A stretch of DNA of 64,000 bases from a virus. The translations under genes were made by a program, and so were the position numbers. Below, one piece after another: positions 18,576 to 26,914 of the stretch. The stretch's first letter is position 1. The number at the start of each line of letters is the position of its first letter. The stretch spans positions 53,233 to 117,232 of the IMG/VR virus record IMGVR_UViG_3300024261_000009; one strand, 5' to 3'. Under the pieces are notes generated by a model. That model was not told the origin of the DNA, ran no database searches, and saw nothing but the letters and a program-made list of their open reading frames with translations.

Positions 18576-18815
18576 ATGTTAGAAGAACTTTTATCCAGAC
18601 CAGAGGTCCTAGCTAAACTCCCAGAGACAATCAAGCAGGCTTCTAGAAACAGAACCTTGGACCAACTAGTACTAGAAAAAATGGCGTCTGAGGGGGTGCT
18701 CGTAAGAGAGTTTACTCCTACAGAGGCTCTAAAAGACCTGGGCAAAAAGATATACTTAAAGAACGCCCAGTGGACCCTTGTAAGAAATGGTCTACTAGCT
18801 CTAGAGGAGGTCTAA
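18576..18815 (+). CDS. Small K-x-A protein (79 aa)
   Basis: IKQAS and EKMAS sites; tightly packed between its neighbours. Confidence 0.65.
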   Translation: MLEELLSRPEVLAKLPETIKQASRNRTLDQLVLEKMASEGVLVREFTPTEALKDLGKKIYLKNAQWTLVRNGLLALEEV

Positions 18816-19496
18816 ATGTCTCTCCAAGTATTAGCAAACTACCCCTTAGTAGTACTTTACGCGCGTAAGTCTAGAGAACTAGGTAAACTTGCTTCCGTGG
18901 TACAGGGGAGCCAGACTAAGAACACCCTACTAAAGAAAGCGGCTGTTGACGCACTCCTTGTAAGAGAATTAGAGAAGACTGCTTCAAGTATTCTTTCTAG
19001 ATTCAAAAGTTTGGGTGCGGCGGCGAAGATGAAAGAGGGATCCTTGGGTTTAGGAAAAGGGTTGGCTATAGGTACTGGAATAGCTGTGCCCACGTTAGCC
19101 GCTGGAGGATACCTCATTGACCGGTCGGGCCAAGAAACCGAAGACCGTATGAACAGTATCCTTACCCGAGGCAGCTTGCTCGCGGGTGGCGTAGGCGCGG
19201 GCCTACTAGGTCTTAACCAGCTAGGAAAACATCTCGACTCCAAGAGTCGGATGCAGGAGAGGTCCCACTCAGCAGGACTCCAAGCTTCCCTAGAAGCTTT
19301 AAGAGCAAAGAGAGCTCAGGATGACACGGTACTTTTTGAGAAAGCGTCGGCCTGTTACTCTGCCATAGAGGTACTCAGAAAGACAATAGACACCAATGAG
19401 CACAGCGAGTCCCTCTGTAAAAGGGCCGCTGAGGTTCTGGTAGTGGCTAACGGCCACTTAGCAGATATCGCAGGGGATATCCTTTTAGGAGAATAA
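18816..19496 (+). CDS. K-x-A protein with two Gly-rich hydrophobic helices (226 aa)
   Basis: GGAGG RBS; GKLAS, KKAAV and EKTAS sites; GLAIGTGIAVPTLAAGG and LLAGGVGAGLLG segments. Confidence 0.65.
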   Translation: MSLQVLANYPLVVLYARKSRELGKLASVVQGSQTKNTLLKKAAVDALLVRELEKTASSILSRFKSLGAAAKMKEGSLGLGKGLAIGTGIAVPTLAAGGYLIDRSGQETEDRMNSILTRGSLLAGGVGAGLLGLNQLGKHLDSKSRMQERSHSAGLQASLEALRAKRAQDDTVLFEKASACYSAIEVLRKTIDTNEHSESLCKRAAEVLVVANGHLADIAGDILLGE

Positions 19497-19499
19497 GCC

Positions 19500-21269
19500 T
19501 TGGATAAAATCATAGAAGTGTCGAAGATGCTATCTTCCAAGCATCTTATGACCCTAGAACCCTCTGTACAAATAATCACTCCCGGGACTTCCAGGGGGCT
19601 ATCTGAAAAAGTAGCCTCTGAGGCGGCCTCGTGGGCTAGACAGGTTACGCCTGAGCCTGGGAAGACCTTTATCCTGGTGTTAGCTCTGGGTGCCAGCGAA
19701 TACTACGGTCCTAACAGAAACGGCGATGGGTTTAAGGACTCAGAACTTAGAAAGTCCTACAAGACTTTTGAGGATCTGGCGCATGTGTACATGCACCACA
19801 AGAATAAGGATCCAGAGAAGTCTGTTGGGTCTGTGGTGAAGTCTTTCTATAACCCAGATATGCGCCGAGTCGAGCTGATACTTAAGCTCGATAATAAAAA
19901 GGCTCCAGACGTAGCGGATAAAATAGCCAAGGGGCAAACTGTAGCGGTAAGCATGGGCTGTAGGATAAAGAAAGACGTGTGCTCTATCTGCGGACACGAG
20001 GCTGCGAACAGATCGCAGTACTGTGACCATGCTAAATTTCAAATGAACGACATCCTCCCAGACGGCAGGATTGTGTTTGTGGACAACCCTAGTCCTAAAT
20101 TCTTCGATATTTCCATTGTTTGGAGACCCGCGGATAAGACAGGTTACATGCTAAAAAAGGTTGCCTATGACATGTCTCAGAGGGATGTCGGAGAACCCTC
20201 AACTGTCCTAGCCGAAAAGCTTGCTCGAAAGAACGTGCTCAGCTCCTACATACAGAAAGCCGCTGATATAGATAAAATAGTACAGGGCATAGGCTTTGGT
20301 GCACCCCAGGAAGAGAGAGGACGAAGTCTTCATAGCGAGTGGCTTAAGCACATTGTTCCTAAGATAGTGTCGGACTATAAGCCCCTGGCTAACCGGGACC
20401 TAAAATGGTTGTCCGGAAAAAGTTTTCCTAAGGTACTAAAAGCCTTGTCAAGTATGGGAATCCTACTAACGACGCCAGAGTTCCTAAACCTTTTCTTTAT
20501 GAAAACGACGGGCAAGCCTGCGCCAGAAGGAGCGGCTGATAAACTAGTGGCCCTTCAGGGCGACATTTTTGACCTGATGGCTAACCACCCAGAACTTACT
20601 GAGGTGGTGGTTAACTCAGGAGTCCTCCCAGAGGAAGGGGAGACAAAGGAAGCAGAATTACTGAGCAGGATGGGCAAGTACTATAGTAGCAGGTCTCTGG
20701 AGAAAGATAACCTCTTAAAGAAGAGTGCGTCTATAACGTATACTCCTATGACTCCCCGACTTAGCGAGTACATGAATAAAGCCCGACTAGAGGGGGACAT
20801 GGCCACCCTTACATATACTGATCCAAACTCAGGCAAGGTTCACTACACCGATAGAGGTTCTGCTAGAGCGGCTCGTAGCGCTCGTAAGGAACAGGCTAAA
20901 CTACTGGGCTCCTTGGGAGCGGCTGCTATGAGTTTAATAGCTTACCGAGGTCTCAGAGGTCTGGGTCGGGCTCGAGCGGCCGCCCCTGTAGGCCTTATTG
21001 GTGGTAGTACAGGCCTCGGGATATATGGGGCAACTACCGCGGGCAAGAAAATTAGGACCGACCAAGGCGTATTAGTTGACCCATCGTTAACTTTTAATGT
21101 TAAACAGGGATCGGCCAAATTAAGTCTTGCCTTATCGATAGATTACGCGCGTAATGGCTCGATAAAGACGGCCTCAACTTCTAACGGACTAAGGGACTTG
21201 GTGGGTTCGTCCGAAGATTTAGATTTCAATTTCGTGGCCCAGAGCATTGGAAGGGCTATTTTAGAATAA
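19500..21269 (+). CDS. Prohead (capsid maturation) protease, HK97/assemblin-like fold, with long C-terminal extension
   Basis: GPNRNGDGF, VYMHHKNKDPEKSVG (His), VSMGC (Ser nucleophile), CSICGH...YCDH, FFDISIVWRPAD; lies upstream of the scaffold/capsid genes. Confidence 0.85.
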   Translation: MDKIIEVSKMLSSKHLMTLEPSVQIITPGTSRGLSEKVASEAASWARQVTPEPGKTFILVLALGASEYYGPNRNGDGFKDSELRKSYKTFEDLAHVYMHHKNKDPEKSVGSVVKSFYNPDMRRVELILKLDNKKAPDVADKIAKGQTVAVSMGCRIKKDVCSICGHEAANRSQYCDHAKFQMNDILPDGRIVFVDNPSPKFFDISIVWRPADKTGYMLKKVAYDMSQRDVGEPSTVLAEKLARKNVLSSYIQKAADIDKIVQGIGFGAPQEERGRSLHSEWLKHIVPKIVSDYKPLANRDLKWLSGKSFPKVLKALSSMGILLTTPEFLNLFFMKTTGKPAPEGAADKLVALQGDIFDLMANHPELTEVVVNSGVLPEEGETKEAELLSRMGKYYSSRSLEKDNLLKKSASITYTPMTPRLSEYMNKARLEGDMATLTYTDPNSGKVHYTDRGSARAARSARKEQAKLLGSLGAAAMSLIAYRGLRGLGRARAAAPVGLIGGSTGLGIYGATTAGKKIRTDQGVLVDPSLTFNVKQGSAKLSLALSIDYARNGSIKTASTSNGLRDLVGSSEDLDFNFVAQSIGRAILE

Positions 21270-21354
21270 CCAGCCTTGTTGTGGGTTGTCACTTTTTCTA
21301 AACTTGTGGCGTGGATGCTAGTGCCCGCCAAATAAAGATAATGGAGCGTTACAG

Positions 21355-21903
21355 ATGGAGCTTTCTCAAATTTTAAATTCTCTCGGAGCAACCGGCGCTG
21401 AGAAAACGGCGGAAGACATGTCTGCTACCAGCGAAACTGGTACAGACACGAAGCTTTCTGAGGCCCTTAACATTGCCCTAAACGAGGTTGCTCAGGAAAA
21501 GGTTGCCCACGTGCAAACTACTCCTACGGAGGACTTGACCAAGATTGCAACCCGACTAGCCAGCGCAGAACAAGAGGCTTTAGTTAAAGAAGCTGAACTG
21601 TACGGAGCGGCTCTATGTGACGGTTTCATGTCTAGAATGGGCCAGTATGATAATACAGCCGTTTCGACCAAGACAGCCTCTGAAGACACCTTTGAAAAGT
21701 TCGCAGCAGAGAACCCCAGTCTAGTTAAGCAGGCTGCTGACCTAGGGTACCGAGAGACAACTTACCAATTGGAAAAGTTGGCTCAGGACTCCTACGAGGA
21801 AGGCTACGCTAAGACTGCGGGTCTCATTAAGACTGCCGCTATTAAGTGTGCCTCCCGAGGAGAGAACGACACTTACAACCTGCTGGCAGCACTCGGTAAC
21901 TAA
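21355..21903 (+). CDS. Acidic helical scaffold/core protein; 11 of 12 lysines in K-x-A
   Basis: KTA, KVA, KIA, KEA, KTA, KFA, KQA, KLA, KTA, KTA and KCA, plus one KLS. Confidence 0.7.
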   Translation: MELSQILNSLGATGAEKTAEDMSATSETGTDTKLSEALNIALNEVAQEKVAHVQTTPTEDLTKIATRLASAEQEALVKEAELYGAALCDGFMSRMGQYDNTAVSTKTASEDTFEKFAAENPSLVKQAADLGYRETTYQLEKLAQDSYEEGYAKTAGLIKTAAIKCASRGENDTYNLLAALGN

Positions 21904-22571
21904 TGTCAAGAACAGCATCCGATATTTACTTTGATCTCTTTGATAAGACCTCCTCCCTCTGGGAAGGGTCTTCAGAAGATTTCGATAAGATTGCGCGGGG
22001 GGGAGCCGTTAGGTCCTACCTAGGCGGCTTACTTCAGAGAGCTGGTGGAAGAACGGGGAATATAGGAACAAAGCTTACTCAACACGGTAACCGTGCTGGG
22101 GGCGAAATGGTCCTGCATCCCCGCACGCAGGAGGCGGTTCATTTTAACCGCCTAGGCAAGCTTGATCAGCAAGAAGTTCTGAGGAACCAAGTCAACCAGT
22201 ATACGGACGATTTGGCGAAGGCGAAGGCGAAGCTTAAGCCAAAACCCGAGACTAAGGTAGACACACAAACCCCAACCAAGGGTCTGGGCGAGAAGGTTGT
22301 AGCACCTACAGAGGCAGCTACACCCCGTAATCGACTTAGGTCCTTGCTTATTGGGGGTGGGTTAGCCGCGGCGGGTGGTGCGGGCGCATACCAGCTGGGC
22401 CGAGTCTCCGGAGAAGAAGGGGCTTCTAATAATAGAAACCTAGCCTTCGGCGGCGGACTAGCAGCGGGGTTGGCGGCACCACACGTACTAACAGGCATTA
22501 ATAGGATAGTGGCTAATCAGGGACTACTACCCTCAGGGCAGTACTCCCCCAGCAACTTCCAGAGGATCTAA
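21903..22571 (+). CDS. Putative internal head/ejection protein with glycine zippers (222 aa)
   Basis: MSRTAS, FDKTSS and FDKIAR at the N-terminus; LIGGGLAAAGGAGAY and FGGGLAAGLAAP segments. Confidence 0.6.
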   Translation: MSRTASDIYFDLFDKTSSLWEGSSEDFDKIARGGAVRSYLGGLLQRAGGRTGNIGTKLTQHGNRAGGEMVLHPRTQEAVHFNRLGKLDQQEVLRNQVNQYTDDLAKAKAKLKPKPETKVDTQTPTKGLGEKVVAPTEAATPRNRLRSLLIGGGLAAAGGAGAYQLGRVSGEEGASNNRNLAFGGGLAAGLAAPHVLTGINRIVANQGLLPSGQYSPSNFQRI

Positions 22572-22573
22572 GT

Positions 22574-22783
22574 ATGAGCAAACTCCAGAAAGAGGTTACC
22601 GAAATCCTCGAGTCTGTCAGAAGCGGGACTATCGAAATTACCAAGGTTGCTTCCACAGAGGCGCTATCGATTGAGACTAACCCTGTTAGCGGGGGACTGA
22701 GAAAGTTGGCTGAAGCGGTTCGTGTCGTGGACACCAGTCCTACTTACGACGACATATTCTTTCTAGTAGGGAGGAATAAGTAA
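22574..22783 (+). CDS. Small K-x-A head-module protein (69 aa)
   Basis: TKVAS and RKLAE sites. Confidence 0.65.
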   Translation: MSKLQKEVTEILESVRSGTIEITKVASTEALSIETNPVSGGLRKLAEAVRVVDTSPTYDDIFFLVGRNK

Positions 22784-22941
22784 TGGGGTCCTATACTGAT
22801 AAAACGGAGGATCTGAAGAAGCTCGCAGGGCTTGTCAGAACCTACGCGGAGAGGTTAGACGCGGATAAGCGGAAAAAGACGGCCTCCTTATTAGTTGCGG
22901 CTACGGGCCTTGCTATTCTAACTGAAAAATTAAGGGGCTAG
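22783..22941 (+). CDS. Small K-x-A protein (52 aa) missed by the ORF track
   Basis: TAATG overlap; MGSYTDKTEDLKKLAGLVRTYAERLDADKRKKTASLLVAATGLAILTEKLRG; fills the gap exactly. Confidence 0.7.
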   Translation: MGSYTDKTEDLKKLAGLVRTYAERLDADKRKKTASLLVAATGLAILTEKLRG

Positions 22942-22942
22942 G

Positions 22943-23293
22943 ATGAATACAAAATTCTTACTTAAAGTGGCAGATGTTCTGGATTCTCTCGCAGAAGAAA
23001 ATTCTAAGCTCTCCCAAGAAAAAGAAGCGAACGAAAGAAAGCACCGGGAACAGATCATTGCGCCCTTTCTTAGTAAGCTTTCCTTTTTGTCTGGAGAAGA
23101 ACCTGAGGTTCTTAAGCAAAAACTGGCTAGTGCTGATCCAGAAGTTCTGGAGATGTTGTCTAAGGTTGCCGGTTCGAATACAGTTTCAGAGCTAGGAAGT
23201 CCTAGTAATATTAAATCCGCCTCGGCACCGCTTAGCAAGAGAGAAACTTTTGCAGCAGCAGAGGATAATTTTGCACGCTGGTGCGTATCTTAA
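22943..23293 (+). CDS. Coiled-coil scaffold-like protein (116 aa)
   Basis: LKVAD, EKEAN, QKLAS, SKVAG and IKSAS sites; directly upstream of the decoration/capsid genes. Confidence 0.65.
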   Translation: MNTKFLLKVADVLDSLAEENSKLSQEKEANERKHREQIIAPFLSKLSFLSGEEPEVLKQKLASADPEVLEMLSKVAGSNTVSELGSPSNIKSASAPLSKRETFAAAEDNFARWCVS

Positions 23294-23308
23294 AGGAGAA
23301 AACGGAAT

Positions 23309-23836
23309 ATGGCTATTCTAGATTCCAAATTCGATATCCTCAGAGGGTGGCCAAATGGCAGTGCCGTCGCAGAGGAATTCAAGCTAACAACCACTAACAA
23401 TACCGGCAATCAAAAAGCCGGTAAGTGGGTACCCATAGCAGACGGCATGGCCGTATCTGACGCGGTGGCTACTAGCTCGGGCGGAGCAGCATGCGCCCTA
23501 GTTATTGAAGGACGAGAAGACGAGAGCCACAAGCTCTCTGGAACTTGTACAGCCCTTCTTGGCGGCGGATATGTTGTGCGGCTTGAGAATGTGACTGCGG
23601 ACAGTGAGCAGTTTACTAGTGTTGGTTTGACTACTGGCTCAGCCGTTGCGGTTGCTGGCAGCATTATTGTTGCAGCAGTTGGCGCGGACATCGCAGTTGA
23701 CCTTGCGGTTGCTGCTGATGCAGCCCAAGTGGCACGTAACGTGGCGGACCCGCTCGGTAGCGTTGTTGGGTTTGTTCTCGACGCTAGCAAAATCGCAAAC
23801 AACGGTACAGGCACCGTTGACGTTTACATCCGATAA
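23309..23836 (+). CDS. Capsid decoration/cement protein
   Basis: AAAGGAG RBS; 175 aa Ala/Val/Gly-rich beta-type protein immediately upstream of the MCP; same biased codon use as the MCP. Confidence 0.65.
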   Translation: MAILDSKFDILRGWPNGSAVAEEFKLTTTNNTGNQKAGKWVPIADGMAVSDAVATSSGGAACALVIEGREDESHKLSGTCTALLGGGYVVRLENVTADSEQFTSVGLTTGSAVAVAGSIIVAAVGADIAVDLAVAADAAQVARNVADPLGSVVGFVLDASKIANNGTGTVDVYIR

Positions 23837-23860
23837 ACTCGGCACTGAAGGAGAAAGAAG

Positions 23861-24778
23861 ATGCCAAAGATTGAGACATCTGAGCTCAGTGCTCAGTTCA
23901 TAAATCAAAATTTCGTTCGTAAGCTCGAGGAAGGCCGCACTAAAGAAGCGGCTGACGAAGGCTCACGATTTATTCGTTCTAAGATGCGTCAAGACTCGTT
24001 CGCTCGAGAAATCCTTGAACCCGTTGAGTTGGGTCCAGACGAGATCGACCGAGACGAGAACACTGACCAGCCTAAGAAGATCATCGAGAAGGAGCCGGAT
24101 AGCACAGCGACTTTCGCTACTTTTAAGGGCACAGGCCAGCGGACCTTCTTCAAGGGTCCACGCTACTCTGTTCCTTTTGGTAAGGTAGAGAGCCAGCACT
24201 TCACGAAGTCGAAGTTTGAACTTCTGACTTACCAGAACGATATCCGCAAGATCTTGACCGATAACTCGGTTAAGGACATGGCTGAGCAAGAAGACCAGAA
24301 GTTCATGGATCTTGTAAATGCTGCTATTGGTGTTAGTTCTAACAGTGCAAACGGTGGTGCTGATTTCAACGGTGCTGGTCACATCAAGCAAGGTATCCAA
24401 ATGCTGCTTAATAAGCAGATCCCTTGTGGTAAGATCCTCATGAGTAAGCATCTGTACTATGAGATCCTGGATTGGACTCAGACGACCTTCGGGGACACAG
24501 TTGCTGGTCGTCACTATGACGATGGCATCGAGGGTGAGAAAACACTCTTTGGTTTCCCTGTTATCACGACTATCCGACGTGACATGCTCAAGGTCAATAA
24601 TGATGACGCGATGTACTTCTTCGCTCCAGAGAATTACCTCGGTAATTTCTTCTTGTTGCAAGATGCTACCCTGTTCATCAAACAGGAAGCGGACATGATC
24701 GAATTCTGGAGCTATAGCGCCCCAGGCATCGGCATCGGTAATACCAACGCAGTTGCTCGAGTGATTGTTAAAGACTAA
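23861..24778 (+). CDS. Major capsid protein (HK97 fold)
   Basis: GAAGGAG RBS; 305 aa; FIRSKMRQDSFAREILEP, TKSKFELL...DIRK, DMAEQEDQKF; position after protease, scaffold and decoration genes; strong terminator follows. Confidence 0.85.
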   Translation: MPKIETSELSAQFINQNFVRKLEEGRTKEAADEGSRFIRSKMRQDSFAREILEPVELGPDEIDRDENTDQPKKIIEKEPDSTATFATFKGTGQRTFFKGPRYSVPFGKVESQHFTKSKFELLTYQNDIRKILTDNSVKDMAEQEDQKFMDLVNAAIGVSSNSANGGADFNGAGHIKQGIQMLLNKQIPCGKILMSKHLYYEILDWTQTTFGDTVAGRHYDDGIEGEKTLFGFPVITTIRRDMLKVNNDDAMYFFAPENYLGNFFLLQDATLFIKQEADMIEFWSYSAPGIGIGNTNAVARVIVKD

Positions 24779-24808
24779 ACCTACTTAGTTTTTAAGTTGT
24801 GTACTAAG

Positions 24809-24841
24809 AGCCGTAGGGGTTATTATCCTCTACGGCTTTTT
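24809..24841 (+). terminator. Rho-independent terminator after the MCP
   Basis: agccgtagggg-ttattat-cctctacggct followed by tttt. Confidence 0.85.
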
Positions 24842-24858
24842 AGTTTGAGGAAAATAAA

Positions 24859-25221
24859 ATGAAGATTAAAATAATAAATAAGAGCTCAGAACCAATTAAG
24901 ATTGGTCCTACCCGGGTTCCTGCTTCAGGCGAAACCTGGGTAGACATGGGCAGTTTACCCCGAGCAAAGAAGGCTGCTGCCCGAGGAGAGCTAGTTCTTC
25001 TCTACTGCCCTCGTGAAGACTGCAACCCAGTGTGTGAACCCAAGGCTGAGGAACCCAAGGCTGAGGAACCCAAGGCTGAGGAACCCAAGGCTGAGGAACC
25101 CAAGGCTGAGGAACCCAAGGCTGAGGAACCCAAGGCTGAGGAACCCAAGGCTGAGGAACCCCCAGCACCTCGGAGACGAAGAGGTCGTAGAAAGAAGTCT
25201 GAAATTTCGGAGGAGGACTGA
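24859..25221 (+). CDS. Small protein: N-terminal beta domain, (EPKAE)n linker, Arg-rich tail
   Basis: GAGG RBS; PRRRRGRRKK C-terminus. Confidence 0.7.
   Translation: MKIKIINKSSEPIKIGPTRVPASGETWVDMGSLPRAKKAAARGELVLLYCPREDCNPVCEPKAEEPKAEEPKAEEPKAEEPKAEEPKAEEPKAEEPKAEEPPAPRRRRGRRKKSEISEED
25036..25155 (+). repeat. 15-nt coding tandem repeat x8 (EPKAE)
   Basis: gaacccaaggctgag x8 perfect copies. Confidence 0.98.
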
Positions 25222-25538
25222 TGACAACCGGGGTGAGACTAGTTAATAACACAGAAGCTCAGATAGTGATATTCGGGGTAAAATTCACACCTGGAAAACC
25301 TACGTTTATCTCAGAGGACCTACTTAGGAAGTCTGAAACCTCCTACTACCTTAGTAAGGGCATACTTACTCCGTACGAAAATACGCGCGTAGCTGCATCC
25401 GAGGAGGTTAAGGAGTCCCCTAAGGTTAAGGAGTCCCCCGTAAAAGAGGAACCCAAGACAGAATCCTCTAAAGAGGAGGTTAAAAAACCTCGCAGACGCA
25501 GAAGAACGAGAAAACCCGCAGCCAACAAGAAAGAGTAG
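25221..25538 (+). CDS. Paralog-like small protein with Glu/Lys/Pro linker and Arg-rich tail
   Basis: TGATG overlap; KPRRRRRTRK tail. Confidence 0.7.
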   Translation: MTTGVRLVNNTEAQIVIFGVKFTPGKPTFISEDLLRKSETSYYLSKGILTPYENTRVAASEEVKESPKVKESPVKEEPKTESSKEEVKKPRRRRRTRKPAANKKE

Positions 25539-25541
25539 TCT

Positions 25542-26351
25542 GTGACTCTGAAGCTAAGACCCTTAGTTTCCGCAAAGAAGGAAACAACAGAAACGATACC
25601 GGTAACTAACGCGTCAGCGGTAGACGTGCCGTCCGCTATGGCTGTGCGTATATCCAGCGTTGGGGCTCTCGAGCTGGCCAGCGCTGCCTCGGCGGGTACC
25701 AGCGATGTACTGGGCTTTATAGCCGAGAGTGTTACCGCCAACTCTGCGGCACGGATAATAACCCAGGGAACCACCCCCTACACTCTCGAGGTCGTTACGC
25801 CCCCAGCCCAAGAATTTACTTTATACTCGGGCCAAGAATTGTTCCTGTCGGACTCCCAACCGGGGCACTTGACGCCTATAGCCCCCACAGGGGCGGCGTC
25901 CCAGGTGGTATCCGTGGGTAGGGCCCTAGGAGGCCTTTTGATAATAGCCATAAATAGGTCCCGGGAAGTTGTTATAGGAGAAGCGTTATACCTGGAAAAC
26001 TCTTCATCAGCAGACATCCCCGCAGGAGTCGCTCTGTACGTTGATTCGAACGGGGATGTACAATACGCGGACGCTTCGACAGAGCCTACCTCCAGGATTA
26101 TAGGTGTTACCGGGGAAACAGTGTTGGCGGGTCAATCTGGGATGGTTCGTCCCTCAGGTCTGTCAGGATTTACGCTAGCTAGTGACAGCGCAGAAGCTTT
26201 GCCCGGGGAGATGTTATTTCTGTCTTCTACGGAGCCTGGAAAATTAACAAAATCCCCCCCAACGGGTCCCGGTAATGTTATTGTCCCCGTCGGAAGACTG
26301 GTTAACAGTAAAGTACTTCTGGAAATACAATCCGGAATCGTTTTAGGCTAA
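25542..26351 (+). CDS. Two-domain capsid cement/fibre-anchor-like protein
   Basis: Two repeats of A-x-A...(V/I)(L/I)G...E-x-V-x-A...G...LFLS...PGxLTxxxPTG...V-x-VG. Confidence 0.6.
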   Translation: MTLKLRPLVSAKKETTETIPVTNASAVDVPSAMAVRISSVGALELASAASAGTSDVLGFIAESVTANSAARIITQGTTPYTLEVVTPPAQEFTLYSGQELFLSDSQPGHLTPIAPTGAASQVVSVGRALGGLLIIAINRSREVVIGEALYLENSSSADIPAGVALYVDSNGDVQYADASTEPTSRIIGVTGETVLAGQSGMVRPSGLSGFTLASDSAEALPGEMLFLSSTEPGKLTKSPPTGPGNVIVPVGRLVNSKVLLEIQSGIVLG

Positions 26352-26374
26352 AAAATCAATAGGAGAATTTAACA

Positions 26375-26758
26375 ATGTCTAATGAACAAGAAGAACTATT
26401 TAACGCGTGGCTCGAGCTTAGATCCTACGCAAGAACAGCTATTGGAGCGTACTCCCAGGATAAGGCCCGAATAGAGGAACAAACTCAAGCCTTCTCCAAC
26501 AAGTGGGATTCTATTAAGGACGAGGAGAAGGGCTGGAATACCCTACTGGCGGTCGCAGAACAGAAGAAGAACAACGTGTTCGCCGCTCAACAAAATAAGG
26601 ACGCTCCTTTCCCCGACCTATCCTTGAGTACCGAGGAGATCCTCAAGGCTATTGGAGATTTTATCTCAGGGGTTAGGCCTGTGCTCGTGGGTCCGCAGCC
26701 AGAGGAAGCTGTCGCTCAAGAGGCGGTACCGAGCGACCCAGATTCTTCAGAAGAGTAA
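26375..26758 (+). CDS. Helical hypothetical protein (127 aa)
   Basis: AGGAG RBS; amphipathic helices and an acidic tail. Confidence 0.65.
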   Translation: MSNEQEELFNAWLELRSYARTAIGAYSQDKARIEEQTQAFSNKWDSIKDEEKGWNTLLAVAEQKKNNVFAAQQNKDAPFPDLSLSTEEILKAIGDFISGVRPVLVGPQPEEAVAQEAVPSDPDSSEE

Positions 26759-26914
26759 CTTTTTCTCTTCGTTGTTGGGCTTTAAAAAGTCTAACGCCCA
26801 CCTCCTAAATAAGAGCAAATATTATCCATGGCCTAAAGCCTTTAACCTACCCATAGTTGTGTGGGAGGCCCTGGAAAACCTCGATATTTAACCCTCTTTA
26901 GGAGAGAACGAAGA

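Noticed and set aside
15901-25155. CRISPR array from the 27-nt and 15-nt repeats
   Set aside because: The repeats are head-to-tail with no spacers, are multiples of three, and lie in coding frames; no cas genes are present.
24908-25252. Alternative-frame repeat ORFs (VPQPW, LGFLS, RLRNP)
   Set aside because: They are by-products of the stop-free 15-nt repeat; only the EPKAE frame has an RBS and operon fit.
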